Positions 35,816 to 43,736 of a stretch of DNA of 44,299 bases are shown piece after piece (the stretch's first letter is position 1; every line of letters begins with the position of its first letter). The notes under the pieces were generated by a model. The model was not told where the DNA came from, did no database searches, and worked only from the letters and a program-made list of their open reading frames with translations. The DNA is taken from the IMG/VR virus record IMGVR_UViG_3300044759_000025, positions 1-44,299 of that record. One strand, given 5' to 3'. This DNA is from a virus (taxonomy: Duplodnaviria; Caudoviricetes). The position numbers were made by a program, and so were the translations under genes.

Positions 35816-35964
35816 TCAAACTCCTCCGCGCATTCCAACGGGATGCGAAGCAGCTTGCCGCCAAGCCGGAAGGCGCGCAACTGGCCTTTGGCAATGAGGT
35901 TGCGGATATGCCGCTCCGAGCACATCCATTCGCGCGCCAGGGCGGCAGGGGTGTAGACGGACAT
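35671..35964 (-). CDS. xis: Excisionase-like HTH protein
   Basis: YTPAALAREWMCSERHIRNLIAKGQLRAFRLGGKLLRIP; overlaps the start of int. Confidence 0.82.
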   Translation of the reverse strand: MSVYTPAALAREWMCSERHIRNLIAKGQLRAFRLGGKLLRIPLECAEEFECLQATASDGSTDASASPGGEMGGDTVTRLEPLARARLSGLRRRSTQS

Positions 35965-36203
35965 CAGTCTCCGCCTCCGCTGTCTTTGGCGATCAGAGCG
36001 CGGATGGCGGCGGCGATAGCGTTATGGCGAAACTCCTTCTCTACCGTCTGTGCCGCCTTTTCCAGTGCAGAGGCTTCGATGAGAGGAGCGACGGCGGCGA
36101 GGACAACCGCAGCGTAAAATTGAGTATCTATCGCGCGAATAGCCTCATCGCTGCTGTCCTGTAGCGCCCGCATTGCAACTTCCATGATGGTTGGGTCGCT
36201 CAC
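35964..36203 (-). CDS. Hypothetical protein (paralog of 36212-36595)
   Basis: Shares the VVLAAVxPLIEAxALExA motif. Confidence 0.7.
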   Translation of the reverse strand: MSDPTIMEVAMRALQDSSDEAIRAIDTQFYAAVVLAAVAPLIEASALEKAAQTVEKEFRHNAIAAAIRALIAKDSGGGD

Positions 36204-36211
36204 GTCTTCCC

Positions 36212-36595
36212 TTAATCCTCTGGTTTCCAGTCACGGAGGGGCTTCAAGGGGCCTTGCGGATCAAAAATTTTGGCTTCCCATTCAACAGTAGGGTTTGCGC
36301 GCTGTGCCTTCAAAATCTCGCGCACCATCGTCGCAAAAGCCTCACGATCCGCCATATCGATTTCGTACGGAGAGGGCGTCGAGTGGATCGCAGCGTCAAT
36401 CATTGCATCTGTAATGATGTCCGCCCGCTCCAGTGCAGCGGCTTCGATGAGAGGGGTGACGGCGGCGAGGACCACTTTTGCGAGGTTGCGATAAAATGTG
36501 CGACCAATTTCCTCTTGATCCTCCCAAGTAATTTCTTTGAGATAGGCGGCGGAGACTGCCCGCGCCGCAGCTTCTATGATGGCTGGATCGGTCAT
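36212..36595 (-). CDS. Hypothetical protein
   Basis: MTDPAIIEAAARA...; ITDAMIDAA motif. Confidence 0.7.
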   Translation of the reverse strand: MTDPAIIEAAARAVSAAYLKEITWEDQEEIGRTFYRNLAKVVLAAVTPLIEAAALERADIITDAMIDAAIHSTPSPYEIDMADREAFATMVREILKAQRANPTVEWEAKIFDPQGPLKPLRDWKPED

Positions 36596-36596
36596 C

Positions 36597-36764
36597 TCAG
36601 TCGCTCCCGCGATCCTCTTCCTCAGCCGCCCTGCCGGCCTTGCAGTCGCAGTATCTCCAGCCATTGCCATCTTCAGGGCCCTTGAAGAGATAAACGCCCT
36701 CGTCCTTGCACTTCAGGCAGTCGTAAGGCAGCGGCTTGGCGTGTTCGCTCTCGTGCTCGCTCAT
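36597..36764 (-). CDS. Small Zn-finger protein (55 aa)
   Basis: Read by hand: CLKCKDEG...YCDCKAG; ATGA coupling. Confidence 0.6.
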   Translation of the reverse strand: MSEHESEHAKPLPYDCLKCKDEGVYLFKGPEDGNGWRYCDCKAGRAAEEEDRGSD

Positions 36765-37084
36765 CGTAAGACAGTCTCCCCGTTCATCAGCTTCTTGTAT
36801 TTCGAGTTCCGCGAGCCCGGCATGGTGGACTTGCGCCGGATGCCCATCCGCTTATCAGCAAGCCGCCGGGTCTTATCGATCTCAGAGCGGCGCTCCTGGG
36901 TGGTCAGTCCGTGGCATGATCGGCAGAGCACGATGCAGTTTTCCAGCGTGGCCTCGCCCCCGAGATAGGCCTCGATCCGGTGGTGATATTCCAGCCGCTG
37001 CTTGCAGCCGCACAACTCGCAGCGGCCATTGGCGCGCAGGAAAGCATCACGGCGCACGGCCTTGGAAAACTCGCGTCTATCCAT
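36761..37084 (-). CDS. HNH endonuclease (early region)
   Basis: RREFSKAV...GRCELCG...EYHH...GGEATLENCIVLCRSCH. Confidence 0.88.
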   Translation of the reverse strand: MDRREFSKAVRRDAFLRANGRCELCGCKQRLEYHHRIEAYLGGEATLENCIVLCRSCHGLTTQERRSEIDKTRRLADKRMGIRRKSTMPGSRNSKYKKLMNGETVLR

Positions 37085-37106
37085 TGCCGTGCGCCTAGGC
37101 ATTAGA

Positions 37107-37274
37107 TCAGAAGCACGTCGTCGTGTTGCCGTATGTCGTGCAGGTGGTCGTGCCGCTATTGCTGCTACCCGTCTCAAAGCATGTCGTCGTATTGCCGTAC
37201 GTGGTGCAGGTGACGCCGGCCCACGCATTGCTCGCGAACAGGACGATCCCGACAGTCATCAAAACTCTACGCAT
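37107..37274 (-). CDS. Secreted peptide with duplicated CTTYGNTTTC motif
   Basis: Signal peptide ending AWA, then two TCTTYGNTTTCF units; AAGGGAG SD. Confidence 0.75.
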   Translation of the reverse strand: MRRVLMTVGIVLFASNAWAGVTCTTYGNTTTCFETGSSNSGTTTCTTYGNTTTCF

Positions 37275-37378
37275 TTTCACTTCTCCCTTGCTAAAACCAG
37301 TAGATGACGAAAACGAAAGACCAGAAGGCGAGGCTGACGGCCACGAGGCAGCCGAGCGCTCGCTCGCGCGAAATTGGC

Positions 37379-37777
37379 TCACGCGGCGATGCCTGCCGGG
37401 TCATTGAACTTCACGCCGTGGCTGACGCCCCAAGCGGCAATTAGCTCTAGAAGATCGGACATCTCCTCCTTGCTCAGGTCGCTGGACGAGCGGCCCAAAT
37501 TGACAAAGCCCGTGCCATCCAAATTCGGGACGATCCGCAGTTCGCGCTTGAGCGCGTCCATGAAGATCAGCTTGAAGTCATCAGCCTTCAGCGTCACGCC
37601 GTGCCACTTCACCTGAGCGGCGATCTCAGTGAGCATCGCCCACATCCTCGCGGACTGAGGAAGCGATCTCTTCACTGCCTTGAATTCTAGGCGAGTGCCG
37701 GGAGGAGCACGCTCGACCCACTGCCGCGCCCGCTCGCGGTCCTCTGCCCTCCGCAGCACGATCAGCGCTCGCGACAT
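37379..37777 (-). CDS. ninB: NinB/Orf-family recombination protein
   Basis: KRSLPQSARMWAMLTEIAAQVKWHG...SSDLSKEEMSDLLELIAAWG...GVKF. Confidence 0.88.
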   Translation of the reverse strand: MSRALIVLRRAEDRERARQWVERAPPGTRLEFKAVKRSLPQSARMWAMLTEIAAQVKWHGVTLKADDFKLIFMDALKRELRIVPNLDGTGFVNLGRSSSDLSKEEMSDLLELIAAWGVSHGVKFNDPAGIAA

Positions 37778-37971
37778 GCCTGCCTCCAGGCGATCTTGCG
37801 GGCGGTAGCCTCGAGGCGCTCGATCAGCGCATAGTCGCGCGTGAAGGGAGGGCTGTTCCGGAGATGCCAGATCGCTTGCCGGTAGTGCGTCGGCAGCGGG
37901 TCTTTCCAGATGATCCCGACACCCGGCAGATATGCGAGGCTCAAGAAAGGCAGGGGAGCCCGTTCGCTCAT
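37762..37971 (-). CDS. Hypothetical protein
   Basis: Coupled ORF in the early-left operon. Confidence 0.55.
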   Translation of the reverse strand: MSERAPLPFLSLAYLPGVGIIWKDPLPTHYRQAIWHLRNSPPFTRDYALIERLEATARKIAWRQACRER

Positions 37972-38150
37972 TTGCCTTCCCTATGACGGATCACGCCCTC
38001 AAGGCCGCGCACGCGGAGGGAGAACCAAAGCGCAGGCAGAAGCCGCGTAGCTAATAGCTTGCAAGCCTTCTTGCGCTGTCCGTTCTTCCACCACCACAGA
38101 ACGGCTTTAAGCAGCGGCTCGACGCCCCATCCGGTTTCCATGCGCTTCAT
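37968..38150 (-). CDS. Hypothetical protein (MKRMETGW...)
   Basis: ATGA overlap with erf and with the downstream gene. Confidence 0.5.
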   Translation of the reverse strand: MKRMETGWGVEPLLKAVLWWWKNGQRKKACKLLATRLLPALWFSLRVRGLEGVIRHREGK

Positions 38151-39061
38151 TTGCCCGGCGTCTCGCCAAGCTTCTCCATGCGCGCGGCCTTCAGCGCCCG
38201 GAGCTGCGAAACCTGATCCTTGGTGAGCATCTTGAGGCCTTCGCGAAAGCCGGCATTGTCGGCGCGCATGACGAGTTCGGTCAGGGTGGCGGCGTTCTCC
38301 AACCACTCCCAGCACTCGTGAAATTTGGCGTCCTGCTCGTCGGCTGCCCCCTGTAGAAATCGCTCAGCGGCAGTGACCGGCTCTTGATATTCAATGCTGT
38401 CCTTCAGGGTCTGCTTCAATGAACCGGGCTGGCTGAAATCCGCGAGGCGCTTGTCGAAAGCCTCGGTGGCGCTATCTCGCCAGTCGTCCTTCCAGCTTGG
38501 GTAAACATCCCTGACCCATTCCTCGCGCAGGCGCTCGACCTCGCGTGCCGACTGGCAGTCCTTTAGGGCTTGCTCCAGAGTGGCCCAGTCACCGTCGCGC
38601 TTGGCCTGTGCGCTGCTCTTGCGCTTGGGGAAAAAGGGATTGGCCGGGGTGCCGTTCTTCGCGCCTTCCTGAGCGGCGTTTCCGTCTTCGTCCTCTTCCG
38701 CTGCCACGCCGCATATGGCGGCCCATGAATAGCGGCGCGCATAGGTGATAGCACTGCCCATGACGTGCGGCCGATCGCTGCTCGGGATCGGATACTCGCT
38801 CACGATCCACTGCCCGGAAGCGTGTCCAAGGCGGGTGATGAGCACCAGGCCTTGGCCATTCGTGCTCATCACTTGGTGGATCGATAGGCCGTGCTTGGCG
38901 AGATGCGGAACGGTGGCGTCCCTGATGCTCGCCAAGTCCGCGTATTTCGACTTATAGGCGGGATTGGTTTGGTTGTAGGGCGCGTTAGACATTTCGGCCT
39001 GTGCTGCCGCCAATGCTGCCAGCAACTCGCTCACTGGCACATGTCCCAGTGTCTCGCTCAC
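38147..39061 (-). CDS. erf: ERF-family single-strand annealing protein
   Basis: NPAYKSKYADLASI...HASGQWI...MGSAITYARRYSWAAICGVAAEEDEDGN. Confidence 0.93.
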   Translation of the reverse strand: MSETLGHVPVSELLAALAAAQAEMSNAPYNQTNPAYKSKYADLASIRDATVPHLAKHGLSIHQVMSTNGQGLVLITRLGHASGQWIVSEYPIPSSDRPHVMGSAITYARRYSWAAICGVAAEEDEDGNAAQEGAKNGTPANPFFPKRKSSAQAKRDGDWATLEQALKDCQSAREVERLREEWVRDVYPSWKDDWRDSATEAFDKRLADFSQPGSLKQTLKDSIEYQEPVTAAERFLQGAADEQDAKFHECWEWLENAATLTELVMRADNAGFREGLKMLTKDQVSQLRALKAARMEKLGETPGK

Positions 39062-39576
39062 GGGTATTCCTCCAACAGGCGCTGTTCCTCAGTCTGCAAA
39101 CTGTCCTCGAATTCCGCGTCCCGCTGCTTGAGGTCAGCGAGCGCTGCCTCCGGCGTGCGTCCCCAGCCGTGGCGGGAAGGCTCTTCGTCATCGCCGTCGT
39201 GCATGGCGCGCCAGTCCCATTCGCGCATCGGAATGGGCGGCTGCTCAAAGGTCAGGCGGATGTCCTTGACGTATTCGATTTTGGGCTTTTTGCTTTGACA
39301 CGTCGGACACGGTTGAGGTGGGTCAACTGGCTTCAAATCTGGCCCTTGCCACTCATGCTTGATGCCGGTCCCCTTGCAGCTTCCACACTTCACGGGATCG
39401 TCAGAGACGATGGGGTAGCCATCCAAGTCGTGGCCGACGACGACGGGCTTGCTGGTCATGCGGGTTCCATCCTTCTGGAGCGGGCCAAGAGCCGCGCAGT
39501 TGGCGAGGGTCTGAGTGGCCTCGCGCACGTCATTGAGGATGCTGCGGAAGGGCTCGGGAACGTGGGCGTTGCTCAT
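39058..39576 (-). CDS. Hypothetical protein with CxxCxGxG zinc finger
   Basis: CGSCKGTG...CPTC; PPIP..DW.A...GWGRTPEAALADL motif. Confidence 0.65.
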   Translation of the reverse strand: MSNAHVPEPFRSILNDVREATQTLANCAALGPLQKDGTRMTSKPVVVGHDLDGYPIVSDDPVKCGSCKGTGIKHEWQGPDLKPVDPPQPCPTCQSKKPKIEYVKDIRLTFEQPPIPMREWDWRAMHDGDDEEPSRHGWGRTPEAALADLKQRDAEFEDSLQTEEQRLLEEYP

Positions 39577-39809
39577 GGCTCGCGTACCGCTGTTCGCGAG
39601 GCCACTACGTCAAGCATTTCATCGGCTATGAGATAGGCGCAGAGGGCTGCCGATTTTCGCTCTTCGGGATTGTAGGAATGGTGTAGGTTCATGCCAGCGA
39701 GCGCCTGACCCGCGAACCAGTCGCGGAGCGACATGCCGTAATCGCCGTGTATCGTTTCGTCGGTCGAGTGGTACACGACAGTTGGAAATGCTGCGTCTCT
39801 GGCTTTCAT
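39573..39809 (-). CDS. Conserved phage hypothetical protein
   Basis: AFP...GMSLRDWFAGQALAG...AYLIADEML motif. Confidence 0.8.
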   Translation of the reverse strand: MKARDAAFPTVVYHSTDETIHGDYGMSLRDWFAGQALAGMNLHHSYNPEERKSAALCAYLIADEMLDVVASRTAVREP

Positions 39810-39919
39810 CTCAGCGCTCCTGCGATATCCGGGCCGATGGCGTAGATGCCGAGGCCGATGATGACGACAGCCACGAAGAGGAGGAGCAGCGCGAGAACGT
39901 CGTCGATGAAGGGGTTCAT
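39806..39919 (-). CDS. Single-TM peptide (37 aa)
   Basis: MNPFIDDVLALLLLFVAVVIIGLGIYAIG; coupled on both sides. Confidence 0.55.
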   Translation of the reverse strand: MNPFIDDVLALLLLFVAVVIIGLGIYAIGPDIAGALR

Positions 39920-40221
39920 CACCAGCCCCAATGCTCGATATCGGTGAGGAACGAGAGCGCTTGCTCTTGCGTGGTGAAATCTTGGTAGAAGCCGTCCGGC
40001 CCGTTGACCTCCCAAGTGTCCCAATGGGGAACTTGGCGCACGGCGAACTTCTTGCCGCTCGCGAAGGTCACGACGGTCTCGTATTCGCCGCGTGAGGCGT
40101 TCCATTCCTCGGTGATCTCAGGCTCGGGAAGCTCGTCCTCTTCCGGAGCGGGCTCCTCGCCGTATTCCGGCTCACGGGTGAGCCAGGCGTCATATCCGGG
40201 AAGGCTTTCGTAGTCGCGCAT
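39919..40221 (-). CDS. Hypothetical acidic protein, first gene of the early-left operon
   Basis: LPGYDAWLT motif; GAGGGAGAG SD. Confidence 0.7.
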   Translation of the reverse strand: MRDYESLPGYDAWLTREPEYGEEPAPEEDELPEPEITEEWNASRGEYETVVTFASGKKFAVRQVPHWDTWEVNGPDGFYQDFTTQEQALSFLTDIEHWGW

Positions 40222-40251
40222 CGCTCTCTCCCCTCGTCTCTGATGGAAGAT

Positions 40252-40281
40252 ACGCTATCCTCAATCGAGGACAGCGGTCAA
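40252..40281 (-). promoter_or_regulatory. PL-like promoter with repressor operator
   Basis: TTGACC-18-TAGCGT on the minus strand; palindrome TCCTC-AATC-GAGGA in the spacer. Confidence 0.65.
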
Positions 40282-40493
40282 GAGGTGAAAGCGAAAAAAG
40301 ATATCAACAGGCTGCGTTGCGCCTACCGCAGTACTGTGGTTTTCTTAACAGCCTGAGGAGAGAGAAGTGGTCAAACTTCCGCGCAGGAACGCCATTGCAG
40401 CGTTCATGAGAAATGCGGCGGAGCTGGAAACAGCGACCGCCGGATTAAGCGCTTCTCAGGAAAAGGGATTGCTGGCCGAAGGTTTGGCCAGGT

Positions 40494-40808
40494 TCAGCCG
40501 CCACCGCGCGCGAGGGATCGGGCAAGCTCTAGAAGAAGCTGCTGCTGCGCAGAGGGCAGATCAGACAGCAATAGCAGCAACTGCTCGTGCACCGGGGACA
40601 TCTCGATCCCGAGGATGATGTAAGTCACGCTGACGCTGATTACGGCGCAGATTTTTACCAGCCTGGGGAGCGTCGGCTCCTTATTCTCTTTCAAAATGCC
40701 GTGAAGGTAAGACGCGCTGCAGCCGGCGGTCAAAGAAATGGCGCGCATGCTTTTGCCGCTTTTATCCACGGCTGCCTGAAGCCGCTGACGCCACTCTTCT
40801 TCTGACAT
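40494..40808 (-). CDS. CI-like XRE repressor without an S24 peptidase domain
   Basis: WRQRLQAAVDKSGKSMRAISLTAGCSASYLHGILKENKEPTL HTH; divergent from the cro-like gene. Confidence 0.85.
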   Translation of the reverse strand: MSEEEWRQRLQAAVDKSGKSMRAISLTAGCSASYLHGILKENKEPTLPRLVKICAVISVSVTYIILGIEMSPVHEQLLLLLSDLPSAQQQLLLELARSLARGGG

Positions 40809-40862
40809 GGCAGGCGCTTAGCACCATTTTGCCAAAAATGTCTCGGCCACAATAGCTTACAC

Positions 40863-40892
40863 TTGACGTGTCCTCAAGAGCGTAGCTAGTGT
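40863..40892 (+). promoter_or_regulatory. PR-like promoter
   Basis: TTGACG-18-TAGTGT; contains the TGTCCTC half-site also present in the PL operator. Confidence 0.55.
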
Positions 40893-40897
40893 ATGCG

Positions 40898-41125
40898 ATG
40901 GAAGATGCACTGCTTCGCGAGATCCGGACATTCCTGGCGGAAAGCCGCATGTCGCCCAGCTATTTCGGCAAGGCGGCGGTGGGGAATTCCGAGATGGTTG
41001 GCCGGCTGGAGGCTGGCAACACCGTCACGCTGCGCACTGCCGAGAAGGCGCGCCGGTTCATAGCCTCGCGGCGCGCCCTGCATCGCTCCTTCCGCCGCGC
41101 CGCCAAGCAGGAGGCAGCGGAGTGA
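40898..41125 (+). CDS. Cro-like regulator
   Basis: LLREIRTFLAESRMSPSYFGKAAVGNSEMVGRLEAG...TLRTAEKARRFI; divergent from the repressor. Confidence 0.8.
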   Translation: MEDALLREIRTFLAESRMSPSYFGKAAVGNSEMVGRLEAGNTVTLRTAEKARRFIASRRALHRSFRRAAKQEAAE

Positions 41126-41526
41126 GCACGCAACCCGATCTCTTCGGGGACATCCTCAGTCCTCCACCATACTCGCGCTCTGGCACCAGCGAAGAAGCGG
41201 CCGAGAGCATGACAGAGACGGCTGCGACATTGCGCGGTCGCATTTTGCGCTTGGCTATCCGGCGGGGATTGCACGGATTGACGAGCAAGGAGGCCGGCGA
41301 GCTTTTTGGACTTTCACAGAACACCTGCCATCCCCGGTTCTGGGAACTTGAGACGGAGAACGACGGGCCATCGGCACGGAAGGTTCGCGAAACGGTCGCG
41401 CGCCAATTGTTTGTAGTGCCGGCGGTCCGCCGCGACCGGCACAATGTGTATTTCGCCTTCGCCGCCGTCAGTCCTGAACAGGTGCGCGCACATTACGGAC
41501 TGCATCCATTGGGAGAGAGAGAATGA
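41122..41526 (+). CDS. Winged-HTH hypothetical protein
   Basis: TSEEAAES...GLTSKEAGELFGLSQNTCHPRFWEL. Confidence 0.65.
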   Translation: MSTQPDLFGDILSPPPYSRSGTSEEAAESMTETAATLRGRILRLAIRRGLHGLTSKEAGELFGLSQNTCHPRFWELETENDGPSARKVRETVARQLFVVPAVRRDRHNVYFAFAAVSPEQVRAHYGLHPLGERE

Positions 41527-41852
41527 CTGAAGCAGTAAAGCCGCCGAGCATCCCGGCCAAAGACCCTATCACCGAGGGCGTGCAGGCGCGCCTACGGCAT
41601 TTGCGCGAGGTGATCACCGCCTTCAGCGGCGATCTGAGGGAGATGGAGCGGTTGGAGAAGGCGCTGCTTGCAGCGACCGATCGCCTGGACAGGCACTCGC
41701 AACTTATCGGCATGGAAACGCAGCTTCTGGAGCAATTGCTCAAGCGCGACACCAGCAAGCCGCCAGTGGCCAAGGGTGCCTCCGTGGTGCCGTTCGTCGA
41801 CCATGTGGAGGAGGCTTTGCAAACCCTCACCAGCGGCATGAAGGCGGGCTAG
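41523..41852 (+). CDS. Hypothetical coiled-coil protein
   Basis: ATGA coupling; helical composition. Confidence 0.6.
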   Translation: MTEAVKPPSIPAKDPITEGVQARLRHLREVITAFSGDLREMERLEKALLAATDRLDRHSQLIGMETQLLEQLLKRDTSKPPVAKGASVVPFVDHVEEALQTLTSGMKAG

Positions 41853-41859
41853 TGCCGCA

Positions 41860-42384
41860 ATGGCCAAGCGCTGCTACCCAGCCTGGAGCGAGGAGCGCGT
41901 GGAGCGCCTGCGCGTCCTATGGTTCAAGGGCTTTAGCGCTTCCGAGTGCGGCATGGAGTTGGGCTGCTCGCGCAACGCCTGCATCGGTGTCGTGCATCGC
42001 CGCGGCTGGCACTACAAGGAGCGGCAGCCGCGACCCCTGGCATCGCGGGTCCGGCATTTGGTTATCCGCCCGCCGCCTCCAGAGCCGCCTCCAAAGCCGA
42101 AGCGGGTCCACAAGCCAAAGCCCGTTGCTCAGTTGCTCGCTAGCGAGCAGCCAGTGAGCAAGGAGCCTCCCGCGCCCTTCACGCTCTCCCTTCTAGAGCT
42201 AGGGCCACGGCACTGCAAATGGCCCTGCGACAGCGACGTGCTTCCGTTCACGTTCTGCGGTGCATTGCGGGAGGAGGGAAGCTCGTACTGCCCGAAGCAC
42301 CATTATCGCGCCCACTACAAAGGCACGCAGGCGGACATCGATCGCACGATCAAAGGGTATCATTTCGGGAAGGCGGCCGCATGA
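41860..42384 (+). CDS. gcrA: GcrA-family cell-cycle regulator
   Basis: WSEERVERLRVLWFKGFSASECGMELGCSRNACIGVVHR and SLLELGPRHCKWP...FCG...SYCPKH. Confidence 0.9.
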   Translation: MAKRCYPAWSEERVERLRVLWFKGFSASECGMELGCSRNACIGVVHRRGWHYKERQPRPLASRVRHLVIRPPPPEPPPKPKRVHKPKPVAQLLASEQPVSKEPPAPFTLSLLELGPRHCKWPCDSDVLPFTFCGALREEGSSYCPKHHYRAHYKGTQADIDRTIKGYHFGKAAA

Positions 42385-42566
42385 GCAAATTCGGCCCCAA
42401 GGGCCCGACTGGCGGGCACGGCTTCAAGCGCTTCAGGCCGAGCCCCGCGGAGCTGCGTGCGGCCGTGCTCGCGATCCCCAGGGACACACGGGACATTACG
42501 GGCCAGGTATGCGGCGATCCACTGCCCGAGAGGAGCGCCTTGGCTCGCAAGCAGGCGGACAAATGA
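42381..42566 (+). CDS. Small hypothetical protein
   Basis: IPRDTRDITGQVCGDPLPERSAL motif; ATGA coupling. Confidence 0.65.
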   Translation: MSKFGPKGPTGGHGFKRFRPSPAELRAAVLAIPRDTRDITGQVCGDPLPERSALARKQADK

Positions 42567-43039
42567 AGCGCCCTCGCGATCTTTTTGGGAACGTCGTCCG
42601 CCCGCCGCGCGAGGACGCCATCCATGCGGCGATCGTGGAGTTCCTGCGCATGGCAGGTCATCCAAAACTGCTTTGGTGGCACGTTCCGAATGGCGCAATG
42701 GTAAAGCCCTCGGCGCGGATGTACTTCGCGCGGCTCGGCTCACTCTCTGGGATGGCTGATCTCAACCTCGTCCTTCCCGACAAGTCTGTCGCTTTCATGG
42801 AAGTGAAGCAAGAGGGCGGGCGACTGAGTGAGGCGCAGCAAGCCTTCCAGGCGAAGTGCGCTTTGCTGGGGCTGAAATACCAAATTGTGCGCTCGATCCC
42901 GGATGCCGAGGAAGTGCTTCGAGACTGGGGCGCACTGCGTGGTGCGCGTGAGCCTGAGCCTGATACCTGGGAACACATCAGCCAGCCGCTAGCGCGTGTC
43001 GTGGATAAGCTGGCGCGTCAGCGCAAGCGAGTAGCGTAA
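42563..43039 (+). CDS. VRR-NUC-family nuclease (resolvase-like)
   Basis: HVPNG...GMADL...FMEVKQEGGRLSEAQQAF, a PD-(D/E)xK pattern. Confidence 0.88.
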   Translation: MKRPRDLFGNVVRPPREDAIHAAIVEFLRMAGHPKLLWWHVPNGAMVKPSARMYFARLGSLSGMADLNLVLPDKSVAFMEVKQEGGRLSEAQQAFQAKCALLGLKYQIVRSIPDAEEVLRDWGALRGAREPEPDTWEHISQPLARVVDKLARQRKRVA

Positions 43040-43051
43040 GCGTAAAAAGTA

Positions 43052-43083
43052 TCAGGCCGAGGCGCTCCCGAGCCTCGGCCTGA
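43052..43083 (-). terminator. Perfect 12-bp hairpin flanked by A-tracts
   Basis: TCAGGCCGAGGC-N8-GCCTCGGCCTGA; followed by TACTTTTT on the minus strand. Confidence 0.55.
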
Positions 43084-43175
43084 AAAAACTGAAGCCTGTA
43101 AGGAGGCTCCACAATGCTTACACAGCATAGTTTTGCGACAACTTGTCAACAGGCGTTTGCGCGCGGGAGGGCGGC

Positions 43176-43733
43176 ATGATCAGCCCTGCTGTTCTCGATG
43201 TCATGCTTTCTGCTGGTGCATCGGCTGAGTTGATCGTCTCTGTCGTGAAGGCGGCCATTGCTGACGACGAGAGTGCAATTACACGGCGGCGCAGTGCGGA
43301 CGCAGAACGTCAAAGGCGTCACAGAATGTCACGTGACATAACGTTAGTCACGCGTGACAAACGTGACAGCCCCCTTTCCCCCGAGACAAAGGTTCCCCCC
43401 ACACCCCCCTTAAAAACTCAACCCCTATTCCCCAAAGAAACCCCCTCTATCGAGGGGGGAAAGAAAACCCCAAAAATTCGGACGAGGATCATTCCCGGCT
43501 GGGCTCCGAGCGAGAAAGATCTCGAATACGCCCGAAAGTCGGGCCTTCTCGAAACCGATATCCGCACCGAAACCGAGAAATTTCGCGACCACCACCTCAA
43601 AACCGGATCGCTGTTTCTCGACTGGAACGCCGCATGGCGAACGTGGTGTCAGCGTGTCAACGAATTTGCCGTGAAACCACGGGTTAACGGCACCGGCAAC
43701 TATCCGATCTCTGACATTCGCAAAGGGTTCTAG
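43176..43733 (+). CDS. Phage replication initiator-like protein
   Basis: ADAERQRRHR, an internal iteron region, and C-terminal EKFRDHH...DWNAAWRTW (DnaT-like); upstream of the helicase. Confidence 0.75.
   Translation: MISPAVLDVMLSAGASAELIVSVVKAAIADDESAITRRRSADAERQRRHRMSRDITLVTRDKRDSPLSPETKVPPTPPLKTQPLFPKETPSIEGGKKTPKIRTRIIPGWAPSEKDLEYARKSGLLETDIRTETEKFRDHHLKTGSLFLDWNAAWRTWCQRVNEFAVKPRVNGTGNYPISDIRKGF
43317..43368. repeat. Putative replication origin iterons (GTCAC/GTGAC)
   Basis: Palindromes ATGTCACGTGACAT (43326-43339) and GTCACGCGTGAC (43347-43358) plus CGTGACA, inside the initiator gene. Confidence 0.65.
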
Positions 43734-43736
43734 CCA

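Noticed and set aside
40367-40618. Plus-strand ORF convergent with cI
   Set aside because: It has an SD-like GAGGAG but overlaps cI antisense by 125 nt and has no motif, so support is too weak to call.
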